A stretch of DNA of 64,000 nucleotides from Rhizophagus irregularis (Eukaryota): positions 744,001 to 808,000 of the forward strand of contig NC_089436.1 of assembly GCF_026210795.1 (NCBI RefSeq), read 5' to 3'. The notes beneath the pieces are model-generated. The model was not told the origin of the DNA, made no database searches, and saw only the letters and a program-made list of their open reading frames with translations. Position numbers and translations under genes: made by a program. Below are positions 22,792 to 35,090 of the stretch, in pieces. How positions within the stretch are numbered: position 1 is the first letter of the stretch; the number at the start of each line of letters is the position of its first letter.

Positions 22792-23276
22792 ATACCCATT
22801 GTTCAATTACTTATTTTTTCTGACGGGGGCAAGACGGGGTTGGTCTTACTGGCTCTATAGACCTTCTAGGGGCTTACCTACTAATTTACCTGGTTTGCTG
22901 TCTCACTGCTTCCAATAGATTATTAGACGGAATCCTGACTTGTTCCAGATGTTCTGGATGTGGCGGATCTGGGGGGGTAAAAATAAAACTTTTTCTGGGG
23001 GGATGTCCTCTCATATTTTTTCTGAAACATCTGCCACATCTGCCACATCTGGGACAACCCTCTTATTATATCCGTTATTCCTTCCTTTTCTATTGTTTTC
23101 TAGTTATTTGGTATATATATTTGTTCCATATGTTGTCCCAGATTGTGGCGGATATATGGGGATTCCTGATCCCCGTAGGGGCGATATAGGTGGAGCGATA
23201 GCGAGATATAGGTACTGCGAGGACGTGAGTCTGAGGTGGGTGGAGCGGTAGCGAGACACACATCCAGACCGACGAC
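22792..23276 (-). repeat. Right terminal inverted repeat
   Basis: Ends GCGAGACACACATCCAGACCGACGAC, followed by TSD AGTGC. Confidence 0.97.
22802..22808 (-). promoter_or_regulatory. AATTGAA putative element promoter motif (one of ~8 instances)
   Basis: Same or similar motif ~27-45 nt upstream of the ATGs at 22762, 22168, 17536, 16972, 16291, 15664, 13868 and 9810. Confidence 0.55.
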
Positions 23277-24439
23277 AGTGCACCATTAAAATACTGTATA
23301 CTTCTGATTTTACTATCAATTTTATTTACCAGAAAGATTATTTATTTGGTGGATTATTTGTTTTTAATTGTTATTTTTAATGAATATTAGTGTTTTATCG
23401 ATACCTTACCAATATCATATTGATATCGGAAAAAATTTTATAGTTTCTGCAAGTTGCCTTCTCTTTGTCACTAACGTCCGTGAATGCATCTAATTCAAAT
23501 TGTGAAATTTCAAAATCTTCAACAGTTCGAAATGATGGTAATTCCGTCATTAAATGTTTTTATTAAATACGTATAATTTTGAGGAAGTATTTGTTTTAGA
23601 AATTCGGGTAAAGACGTAAAGTATCCCAAGAAATGATCTATAAATGAATTTTTTTATTAATATCATTTTTTAATAATAATTCAATATCATCTAACAAATT
23701 AAAGCTTCACGATAAATTTAACAATTAAAAATTTAAAATTTAATAATTAAAGTTTTACAACAGATAATTAATAAAAATTTAACAAATTAATATTCTACAA
23801 TAATATTTAAAAATAAAGATGATAAAAACATATCATTATTTAAAAAAAAAATAACAGAAATGAATTTTTAACAAAAATAAATGCAACGCTATAGACAAAT
23901 CAATGATATTTTAACAAATTATTAACAAAATAAAGATACATGATAAAAACATGCTACAGTACATAATATAATAAATACAGATAGTAACGAGAAGAATGCA
24001 TAATTAACTAGCTCTTCCATAATGATTATTTGCGTAACTTTCTAAAAATTTTTAAAAATAATGAATAAAATACTTTGATTTTAATATAAAAACATATATA
24101 TTAATTACAAACGTTAAGAGAAACTATATAAAAAATAAAAATGATAAAGAGGTTGTTCTACTTGAGAAAAGAGCGCATGAGAAAAAAAAATTAACAAAAA
24201 AAAGGAGAAAAAAAAGGAGTACAAGAAAACGTGGGACTTGAAAATTACATTAATATCCCCGTTCTGAATTTTCCATTGCGATATTTTATTATCGATCATA
24301 TTGTACCTAGTTTACATAACTTTCTTATTGACATTATAATAACCAAAATTTATTTATTTTCATGTATAAAGTTATTTCAAAATACTAGTTACATGTAACA
24401 ATTCTCATATTTACGTATAACGAAGAAGTTCAATAATGT

Positions 24440-25110
24440 AATAGACATCTGGGTATTTATAATTTCCATATTGAACAACATTATCGGCAGTTATGATTTC
24501 AGTAGGTGGAAAGTCAAGGAAAGGGTTTTCATCTTTGAAGTATTTATAGCACCACAAACACTATGATGTATTACAGTTTTGACTACCTTCTTCATTTCTT
24601 TCTTATCCAACTGGAAGACAATCAGGTTGAGTAACATAATTACCCACCATTGCAATTGAGTGCAAGCATCTTCAACTGGTGGCTCTAATACTTCCCAGTC
24701 CGATAGAAGGTTGGAAAGTAAACTCTCACTTAGGTTTAAAACTTTCATTCTGTAATAATTTCAGTTAATTTCAGATCACATGTATCAATGATACGCCACC
24801 AAACAGCCCAATAATAGAAAGATTTCATAATCATATATTTTGCGTTTCTGCTACTTGAGACAGTGATTTGAAGTCAGTTGTGTCAGTTGTGATGGTGAGA
24901 TCTTCGCGATGTTGATGAATTCGTTTAAGCCAATCAGAAATTGATTGTTCAAATTCCCAGCTTTTCTCAAGATTATGTTCTTTCTATCAGTGCATTCAAC
25001 AAAAAGGCAAAGAAGGCAAATTAATTACACAGCACAATACAAAAAAAAAACGCAAAAAAATAGAATAAAATATATGACTTACGACTTGTTCATTATCAAT
25101 GATATTGCAC
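24440..25110 (-). pseudogene. Degraded paralog of 400-1160
   Basis: Shared nucleotide blocks such as TTCTTATCCAACTGGAAGACAATC and GCAATTGAGTGCAAGCATC. Confidence 0.55.
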
Positions 25111-25234
25111 ATATTTTCAACATTTTCAGTAGCGTCTGACATCGATTCCTATAGAATCTGGCTTATCAATTTTGGTAGATTTTCTCTTTTTTGATTTTTT
25201 TGATTCAATGTTTAAAGTTCCGTTGCTTCCACCA

Positions 25235-25625
25235 TAGATATTGTTACCCAAAAATTGAATCAAAGGTCCATTAACCGTTTTGTTTACCGTTTTTCTTCCT
25301 CAAAAAAATTAATATTTTGGTTAATTAATAACGATCTTGACTAATCAATACCTTCATAATTCTCTACTTTTCCACTGGGTTGTCCGCAGACTTAACATCA
25401 AAGTAACTGTAGTTATTGACGCATCAGTGGTACCAGTGCTTAGTGGTGGTTATCCGTAGATTTGAGCATAGCTAAAACCGCAGTTTGCTGTGCCACACAC
25501 ACTAGTTTTGTGATTTCTATAGAACTCAATCACCGCCACTAAATAACTCACTGAAGTCATCATACTAGAATCATACTTGCCTTTCTATACCTATCTAACA
25601 GAAAACGTGCTTTATCGTATGAATC
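25235..25625. repeat. Inverted repeat arm (partner ~32880-33127)
   Basis: GGTCCATTAACCGTTTTGTTT and CTATACCTATCTAACAGAAAACGTG occur as reverse complements at 33070-33095 and 32895-32925. Confidence 0.75.
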
Positions 25626-25752
25626 GTTGTTCAGGTCAAAAATGTTCTCAAAGAGATATAAGGTATTTTTCAATTTTTGTTTTAAAGTTTCTTCCTGTTT
25701 TTTTTTTGACATCAAATATAACTCTACTCTGTATCTAAGTAAGTAACATATA

Positions 25753-28700
25753 CCGTATAATGGGGGCTACAGTACCCCGGGTATGATACAGATTTCAGAG
25801 GTTTTGACCTTATACCCCCACCATTGTGTGAGTTTTTATTATTAGTAGATATGTATAAAACTTATATAATAATTGGGTATTTATCATAACAATCATCGGT
25901 CATGTCACGGATCGGCATAGGGAACTGATTTCTATTAGAGGATCGACATGATTGCTGATCACTTTTTTAAAAACCGTTTTTTACTAAAATAAAAAAAATT
26001 TACATAATAATATGTACTGAAATTTTACATGTAGTTTTGTATCATGTCGGAGCTATTATGTATTAATTTTTGTCAGAATTGGATGATTATTGAGCTACTT
26101 TTACTATAAAAAACTTCTAAGTGAACGAAAAAATGCAAATTTTGATGTATATGCAAACATGAAAAAATCTTGTATTACCGTAGTTTGTAACACTAAGATA
26201 TTTGAAACTTCGAGATGGAAAAAATATATTTTTGTCTTCATATGGTTAAAAAAAACTGTCTATAACTTGCATCTCAGCTTTACTTTTACCCTATTTTTGC
26301 GGTTTTTTAAAAAATACTTAATTACAAATGTTAGAACACAATGATAGGTTTTCTTTAAACTCACTTTTTGAAAACTTTACAGAGGAATCAGAAGAGTTGG
26401 AGGACGACATAAGCAGTGATAATGAAGGGAGTGACTGTGAGTTTTTTGGTTCTTTTGCTGATTTTGACGAATGTAATATTAGATTTTTACATAGAATATC
26501 TGAAAATATTGATGTAACTAGTAGTTCTGACTCCGATATTTATGAAGATGAAATAAATGAAGACCTTGAATGTGAAAATGAGTGTAATAACGAACGATCT
26601 CCATGTAACAATAATAATGAATATCACGAAATTATAGCAGATTTAGAGTTAAAAGATTTGACGGCGTGTGTGGTAATTGATTTTATTAATGGTAAGTTTC
26701 AACGGTGTGGGCGAAAATGAAGGAAAGATAAGGCAATTGCGTAACCTTTTTGGCACATGGCAAATAGATCGTGACGCTGTTAAAGAAGTAAATGGTATTT
26801 TACCAAGATTGGGAGTTTGTGATTCACATTTTCAATTTGACAATAAATACCTGCATAAACCACGAGAAAAAAAATTTAAAGACTTTGAATCAGGAATAAT
26901 ACAATGGTGTAGATGTATGTCTTGTGATAAATTTGTGAATTTTTTTTCACGGGGTATGGGATGTGCTCAACATTCTTGGTATATAAATAAACATAATATT
27001 CAAGTATCATGTATTGGACAATATGGCTGTGAAGCGTTAAAAGAATGTGATCCTTTATGTGTTCAAGCATTTGATAATATTAAAAGATCAAGATCTATTT
27101 GCTGTTCATGTTACGAAAAACTTGGGGGTCATATTTATCAACGTCCAGGAAGAGGAAAAAAAGGAAGTACATGTGTCAATAAACAATTACATTTAGAAGA
27201 TATTAGTAAAGGGCTCGAATTTTTGGGTAATTGGTTGATTGACATTTCACGAACTCAAGATGAAGAATTAAAAAAACAAATATTGGTAGCGTTAGTTAAT
27301 ACTCTTATTCCTTTTGCGCCCCATTCATATTATAATAAAGAAACTAATAATCCTATTCCTATTTCTACAAGTAAAATTACTCAACCACCTAGTTTATTTC
27401 TGATTAAAGTGCTTTTTATTAAATTTTTTAAAAAAATAAATGACAACCCAAAAATAAACATTGACAATTTTAAGGAACTTGGAAGTATAATTGGAAATAA
27501 ATTGTGGAATTCACGATCAGATGTTATTGCAAATAAATCTTCCTTAGAATCACCACAAACTATCCAAGAATATTATAATGCATTTCCGAATTTTATAACT
27601 ACATTTTTTTGGGGAATAATTTATAAGTTGCAAGAAAAAAAAATAGAAATAAGTAATCGTCAGCAAAAAAAACGTAACAAGCCTCTTCAAACTGTTAATC
27701 ACAAAAAATTAACCAAAGTAGTGACATTTATTACCTCAATATTAATAGGATTTGCTTTTCCTTCTTTAAAAATTTGGTTACCTCGAGTTTTAGCAAGTTT
27801 GGTTCGTAGACCACGATTATTAAGTTCACTCCGCCAACTATTAACAATGTGTCATGTAACATCTCACACAGATAGATATGAAAGAAAGCTTGCTAATGTT
27901 CGAATGAAAAATGCTAATCCAACACAACGCCTAATTAAAAAAAATAATATTTGGAATTTAGCAATCATCGATAACATTGATTTCAAAGAAAAAAGTTTTA
28001 AGTTTGGAAATATTTACGATGTTACTCGAGAAAGTTCTCATGCAATATTAAGAATGGCCTTTCAAATACAGCTACCAATAGATATAATAAGGACTGGACC
28101 TGAAGAAATGGTTGAATTAACTGCAGATACACCGTTATTTGGTATGAACTCTAGGATAGATCAATTATTAATGACTTTTCAAGAAGTATTCAAAGAATTA
28201 TTAGATTTTAAAAATATCAATGGCGAATTATCTTACAGAAAAGATTTTGATGCTAAAAGCGTTAAAGATATTTTACTTTCCAAATTAGATTATGGATGTT
28301 TAGAACCATCACCTAATGTCGTTATCCTTGAACCCAGAAATAACCCCAATTCAGATGAAGAGATTTTAAATGCCGCTGAGATGTATAAAAAAGAATTTGA
28401 TTTAAAAGATTATGAATTTCTTGATATTGTTGCTGATGAAGCAATATATCGTAGATTAATTAAATGTAAAAAAAAATGGACAAAATTAAGGCACTCACCT
28501 AGGTCGGTGGCGCACGTCTAAGGACTTTTGCTCAGTACTTTTAGTTCTATTTTCAAGTTATGGATTATTAAGTTTAGCTTCACGTCTTGGTGTGCGATTT
28601 TTAGATAAACTTGAAATTGTTGTGGACTATCGTTCAACAGCTAGAGTATTAGATCTCTTGTGGGTTGCTGTAGGAATCGCTATTAATATTTATATTAATT

Positions 28701-30406
28701 TAAAAAAAATAAATTTTTCTGAAATTTTAGATGGTAAAAATGATACTCACATTTGTCTTAAAGTTTGGTACCTTTATTATAGATGGGCGGGTATTTGGAA
28801 AGCTCATAAAATGGGAATGCGTATAGGAAATTTCAGTATTCAAAAAGATTCTTTAGCTGCAGCCGCGCCTCTTTTTGCTAGTGCTGCTAAATCCAATTAT
28901 ACAACTGCAATTGCCCATTATCTTTCAACACTAGCTGCTTTTCCACAATTAGAAGAAAAGTTACGTTGTGTTCGGTTCTTTTAAAATTCCACGTGAACAA
29001 CATGAAGAAAACCATATCTGTTTAGGTTTTGATGAGGCGTTAGAGACGTTTGGAGTGAAATATGTTAAACAAAATGTCACCGGAAATACAATTGATGAAA
29101 AATGTCTTAAAGATCAAATAAAAGCAGTTCAGGATGAAAGGGCCAGGATAGATTTGCTAATATATGAATATTTAGATAATAAATCAATATTACCGGCTGA
29201 ACGAACTAGTAAATCACGAATGGCACCATTGTGGGATCTTGTAGGCGATCTAGTAGATATTTTTGGGATGTCAGATCCTTTGTCTCACGATCTATTTCAA
29301 GAATATCAACCAACTGAACTGCACCATCAAGGAGTTGAACGTCTAATTTCATACTATCAGAAAGGATTAGCGCGAATCAAAACAGTTTATCGACAAGAAG
29401 TTCTAGAAATAGAATGCAGAAACACACATGGTAGAAGAGCAATAGAAGTTGTTAGAACTAGATTGAAAGATTTTATCCAGCAAAAGAAAAATCGTCGGAC
29501 TAAAGTTAAATTATCTCAAGGTACATCACGAACAGGTGGATCTCGTAATGCAGATAATTTAGAATTGTCACACTTACCTAATGACCAAATCAGTTTACTA
29601 AAGAAAAAACGTAAACAAACAACCCCGGAAGAAGAAAAAATACTTGAGGCGTTATTAGTTTATGAAGATGAGTTACCAGACTCAGCTATTAATGAGGTTC
29701 TTGATAAACTTTCAAGTGATTGGAATAAAAGCTAAAGTTAAAGCAGCGTGGAGATACCGTAAATCTAAAATTCAAATTATAAATAATAACAATAATAAAT
29801 AATGTAAGTTTTTTGTTAAATTAACGTTATTTTACAAAATGAACAAATAAATACAATAAAATTTTAAAATTATAATCTAAACAATATTAATTACTGATTA
29901 ATTGGGTGCAAAAAACTATAAATTATAAAATTTCGGCAAAATTTATTAATCTAACCACCTTTTGTCGGATATGTTTTTCGATCGTACATAAAAAGTTACG
30001 TATAATTGGTAATTTAAGATCACGTTACGTTTTCATATAAACTTGCATCTCTGGGTTAAGTCCAAAAAAATAGAAAAGGTTGTTCAAATAGGAAATTTTT
30101 GTACAAATGTTTTTTTGCAAAGAAAATTATTGGAATATGTAGATTAAACCTTTAGTAAATAAAAGTAATTAAAATGTGAAGTTCGTTAACTTGAAAAAAA
30201 AGTTTTGTATTAGAACGGAATTTCACGTGATTTAACATTACACCAATTTCATATTAATGATCGGCAGTTCCTGTGACATGACCGATGATTGATAAGTAAT
30301 ACCTAGGTATTTATTAAATTATTTTAAATAATAAAATCGGTAGAAAATAGGAGTTCTTTTTTGTAGGGTACTGTGCATAGGGGGTACTGTGGCCTGCAAA
30401 ATACGG
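25753..30406. mobile_element. ~4.65-kb TIR DNA transposon flanked by TA
   Basis: Left TA|CCGTATAATGGGGGCTACAGTACCCC; right GGGGTACTGTGGCCTGCAAAATACGG|TA; subterminal inverted block CAATCATCGGTCATGTCAC; one long internal ORF. Confidence 0.75.
26328..29782 (+). CDS. Putative transposase (DUF6589-like), Cys-rich N-terminus, homeodomain-like C-terminus; several frameshifts
   Basis: Four tandem ORFs in shifting frames; LAIIDNIDF, DIVADEAIYRRL, PLFASAAKSNY and FDEALE motifs; enclosed by TIRs. Confidence 0.6.
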
Positions 30407-30472
30407 TAATTGCTAAAACAAACTTTGAAAATTTCAAAGGAACGTAAATACTAATATTTATTGTTTATAATA

Positions 30473-31380
30473 CAGAGGACGATCAAAATTATCCGGCCAG
30501 TTTATTTTGCTAAAATTTTGTAGATCATGATGTGTTAATGTAATATAAATAAATATAATTTTGTATTTATAATCACAATAAACAAATTCCCATGCTTCAT
30601 ATTTTTCAAAAATATGATATCACCTATTGTATAAATTTTATAAATTTTACAATTTTGTGTAAACAAACTTAAAAATCTTAAAAATATCATAATTCCGCCA
30701 ATATTGGTCTGATAGACCTGTGCTTACCACCATTCGAATCGTCTCAATGAGATGGATCAAAAGAGCTATAAATCGTAAAATTTCAATCACAGGATCAGAA
30801 AATAATGTAGGTGACATTTAGGCTTTTAGAGCGTAATCATGTGATGAATATCGATCCTAAAAATATTAAATTATTACCATTCAAATCCTCCCAGTGAGAC
30901 GAATCTGATAAACCCAAAATTACAATATTTCAATCACTGGATCTCGAAATATCCTTAACATACAATTTTAAATTTTAAAATTCACGAATTTCGCAAACTC
31001 GAAAAATTTCATAATTTACATAGTATTACACTTGAATAATACCTGTAATTAATATGCAATATTATGGTATAATACTTTTTCAACATTATGCTTGCATACC
31101 TTATTAAATTTTCTGACAAAACTACTTGAAAAGTACTATGTTAAAGATGCATTAAAAGGTATTACTCCAGAATATTATAAAAAATTTATCAATGCCATAA
31201 CTAATTGAATTGGGAAGTTATTTTTGCAAATGGAGATAGAATTTATTATTAAATTTTTATCTAAATTAGTAAACAAAGACATAATGAATTTGTTTAACTT
31301 TAAATTTTATTATTGCTATATTATATATATATAAGTTTTTCCAACTTGAAAAGTGGCCGGATAATTCTGATCGCCCTCTG
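30473..31380. mobile_element. Tc1/mariner-like non-autonomous element with TA TSD
   Basis: TA|CAGAGGACGATCAAAATTATCCGGCCA ... TGGCCGGATAATTCTGATCGCCCTCTG|TA. Confidence 0.8.
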
Positions 31381-32234
31381 TATATGTGTAAAAGAAAATG
31401 TATAAAGAAATAGGCACACCACAGATCACGTGCCCGAACTTTTTATGTTTCTATTTAATTAAGGTAATTTATAACCGATTTTAGTTAGTATCATAACTTA
31501 CTATACTTATCGGTATGTGAAAATCATTTTTATAATTATTATATAATTAATTCCATATGGACATCAATAAAAAGTTATTAAAATTTGTCTCTCACACGTA
31601 ATAATAATCATCGTAATTCCTCGTGAAAATCAACTTTCATTGGTTTTTTTTAAATTCAGAAGTGAGTTGAGAGAAACATATGATGATATCAAAGAGAGAA
31701 GGAATGCCGATATATAACAAGGGGAGTAATATGTCCATTTTATTTTGGGACATCTAAAGAGATGAGAAAATCGATTAACATCGTGATGACATGCTAATCC
31801 GAACTAACCTTATTATTACTTTTACGGAATATACAGATTGTAAATATATATCAATGATCAAAATAATAGTAGGTTTGAATTTTATTAGAATTTTCATCTT
31901 GATTATTGCTTATATTTGCAGGGGAAATGATCTCATCACGAAAATCTGATCAACCACCTCTCCTTAATTTAACAATAAAAGAATTTAACGCTATCCATAT
32001 GTAAAGGGCTTTTTTTAATAAGAATGTGCGAGAATAAATTAGTTCCCGTAATACATGTGACGTATTACAATAAAGAAAAAATAATACATGCAAAAAAAAT
32101 TATAAAATGTCTGGTAAATTTGCCCCATTGCATTGCTTTATTGATTATATGAAAAATATATATAAAATACAGGTTATTCTCTTTTTACAGAAATTTTGTT
32201 CTATGACTGCGAAAATAATCTATAATACTAGTTA

Positions 32235-32408
32235 GGGCAATGACATATATTAGCTAATATTTTAGGGGGTGGGGGAGTAAAAGAAAATCTTAGGTTACAC
32301 ATAATATAAACCATATGAAATGGTTGTGATTGGTTATAAAATCTTACCTGGGGGTGGGGGAGTAAACGTTACTATTAAAATAATATTAGCTAATATATGT
32401 CACTGCCC
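32235..32408. mobile_element. PIF/Harbinger-like MITE with TTA TSD
   Basis: TTA|GGGCAATGACATATATTAGCTAATATT ... AATATTAGCTAATATATGTCACTGCCC|TTA. Confidence 0.8.
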
Positions 32409-33303
32409 TTATAGTAAACAATCAAAATTATAACGCAAAGAATATTAAGTTGGCAGTACAATAGTAATTTATCCTGTGTTGATTACATTGTCCCTTTCTC
32501 TCATTCCATAAATTTTAGGTAAGTAAGCCTAGCACATAAATCATTACATTTCCCACACTTAGTCAAATACGGTCAACCGTACGACCGAAAAATTGAACTT
32601 TTTAATGATAAATACTCGATAAATACTCATGATGAATACTTATCATATTAATCATTTCTTTCGCGCTTGACACCATTAACAACCCGACCTGCACAAGTTT
32701 ACTTAGTACTATATTTCATGACTTTATATTCGATGTCAAACAAAAACCCGATACATAAGTATTTTAATTGAAGCTCTACGCGATGAAACATCAAGGAATT
32801 TTTAGATGAATGTGAGGAAGAAACTTTAAAACAAAAATTGAAACATACCTTATATCTCTCGAAAACATTCTTGGCCTGAAAGGTTCATACGATAAATCAC
32901 GTTTTCTGTTAGATAGGTATAGAAAGCCAAGTATGATGACTTCAGTGAGTTATTTACTTTGACGTTAAGTCTGCGGACAACCCAGCGGAAAGTAAAGAAA
33001 TATGAAGGTATTGATTAGTCAAGGTCATTATTAATTAACCAAAATATTAAATTTTTTTTAGGAAGAAAAACGGCAAACAAAACGGTTAATGGACCTTTGA
33101 TTCAATTTTTGGGTAACAATATCTATAGAAACAAGAATGTATTTATAAATAAATTTTAATCTACGTGTCCAAAATTTATATGTTCAAAAACTGGTACATG
33201 AAAATCTGAAGATTACGTCGAATTTTGATTTTCATTATCCCATTCATCAAATAACTTCCTGGTTTTCAATTCCTTATGTCAAATATTTAAGTAATTCTAA
33301 ATC

Positions 33304-33637
33304 ATGGCCACCGTCAATGAAGGACTCTTACGTTTCGGAAATTGGATCATTATGTATGATCTTGGCGCAAGTGCCTTAACAAGTTCCTACGGTACCCACG
33401 CTACAGCATATCGGCAAGTTACTGATGCCTTAACAAGTAACGGTTTCGTAATGGTACAGCAAACGTATATCGCCATCCGACTGGTTGCACGTTGTTGCAC
33501 GCTGGGCGGCCGGGAATTTCCTAGGTAACGGTAACCCGCATGTTATTGACATCCGAATCGCGATCCAAGCGAGCCCGTTAATGGTAATGACCGGATTCGT
33601 CCGTGGAGGTCCTTTCCCACCAATTCCATTATGGTAA
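33304..33637 (+). pseudogene. VapD/Cas2-like small protein, frameshifted near 33500
   Basis: WIIMYDLGASALTSSYGTHATAYRQVTDALTSNGFVMVQQ matches the VapD N-terminal pattern; shifted frame WAAGNF...VIDIRI...MTGFVR. Confidence 0.55.
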
Positions 33638-33789
33638 AATAGATAGTTAATAAATAACGAAAAATATTTTATATTATTATTTGCTATAATAAATTTTTAA
33701 ATCTCAAGAAACAAAGTACATGAAACATGTGAAATATTGATTGCAGAAAAAATGGATCGTTTTATTAATGTAATAGCGTGATGAAGGTT

Positions 33790-35090
33790 TCCATGATATA
33801 TGACGAGATTACCTTCTTTGCTCTACGCTCTTAATATATTTTTTTGTCCTAGTTCTCTTAATATCAGGAAGGTTATCAACCTCTTTAACAAACCCACGAT
33901 CACTTCTATAACCATTTTAACGCCTCGGATCTTCCATAATATTTTCGGTAAGTACTATGTGACAGTCAGCCTTCGAGCAATAAATCCTTTCTGATGTATA
34001 TATGAGGAAGTACCAGTCCGAAGCTAGGATAGGTATAAGTTAGATGGAAAAAAAATTCACACAAGGGCCGGAAAATTTTACCAATGGTCACAATCCCATA
34101 GAGATAGTCAAACTCATCATCGAAAGCCACAGACGCTTTCCTTTTTCTCGCGTTCGTGTGGTAGGATGCCATATACATATTTTTCGGCTTCTTAAAGCCA
34201 TTGTGTAACAAATTGAAAAAACCTTCTCAATCATAAAAATTCGTGCCCTAAAAAGTAAAACAGCATATCAGAAGAAAATGCTCCTCTATTAATATGTGCA
34301 CTTGAAAAGGTATACGCTTATATAGAAATTCTTTATTTTTCGTATTTCATTACATGATATTCAAGAGATACGCTTAACGTATCACGTAAATACAAAAAAA
34401 ACACACGAGACAAATGTACAGTATATGTAATCTATAATAACAAAGAAATATTTTCGTATCCTTATTCCTCCTTTTCGCGTAGAGACACATTTGACAGATG
34501 GGCTTGAGTATAGTTGTCGCAATGATCGCAATAAACGTGAGTATTTTGTCCAGAAGTGTCAGAGGTGGACTTGGGATGATTATACTTGCTATCCGCATTT
34601 TTTTTAGGATTAATCGGAACAATCACGCATTCATCTATATGAGTTTGATTCTTGGCCCTCTTCATCATTGGGAAAGTTTTCATCGGCCATTATTATTTCT
34701 TTAGAAACACCAGCCCCAGTTAAGTTCGAACCAACTTATTTTTCGTTGCCACCAAGATCACCTTCGCCGGAGTTCATCATACCCAATAACCCAATATATC
34801 TTTCGCTTCTCGTGTGAGGAAATCGAGCTTTTGGTAATCATCGGAGTTTTGTGATTCCTTTTCTTTTGCGAAATTATCTAGCCGTTCTGCAACTCCACGT
34901 TCCTATATGAAAGTTCCCTATTCTTTTTTTCAAGTTCCGTACACCTACGTTTAAAACTTTCTTTTTCTTGAGGTATCGCATGTAATCGTTTCTTGATAAT
35001 TTTATATCCTTTCCCAGAGTTTCAAGCAGTCCTTTTTTTTTCGGAGGAAGACTTAACGTTATTACGGTCCGTGTTATCTGTCATCATTAG
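33790..35090 (-). pseudogene. Degraded member of an expanded Glomeromycotina hypothetical gene family
   Basis: NARKRKASVAFDDEFDYLYGIVT, then an intron-like gap and a disrupted C-terminal exon; multiple stops and shifts. Confidence 0.45.

Larger units (their letters stand above)
8925..23276. mobile_element. Complete Maverick/Polinton-like self-synthesizing element (14,352 bp) carrying a gag-protease module
   Basis: ~485-bp TIRs; TSD AGTGC at 8920-8924 and 23277-23281; integrase, A32 ATPase, PolB and D5-like helicase; intronless, gene-dense and visibly more GC-rich than the flanks. Confidence 0.95.
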
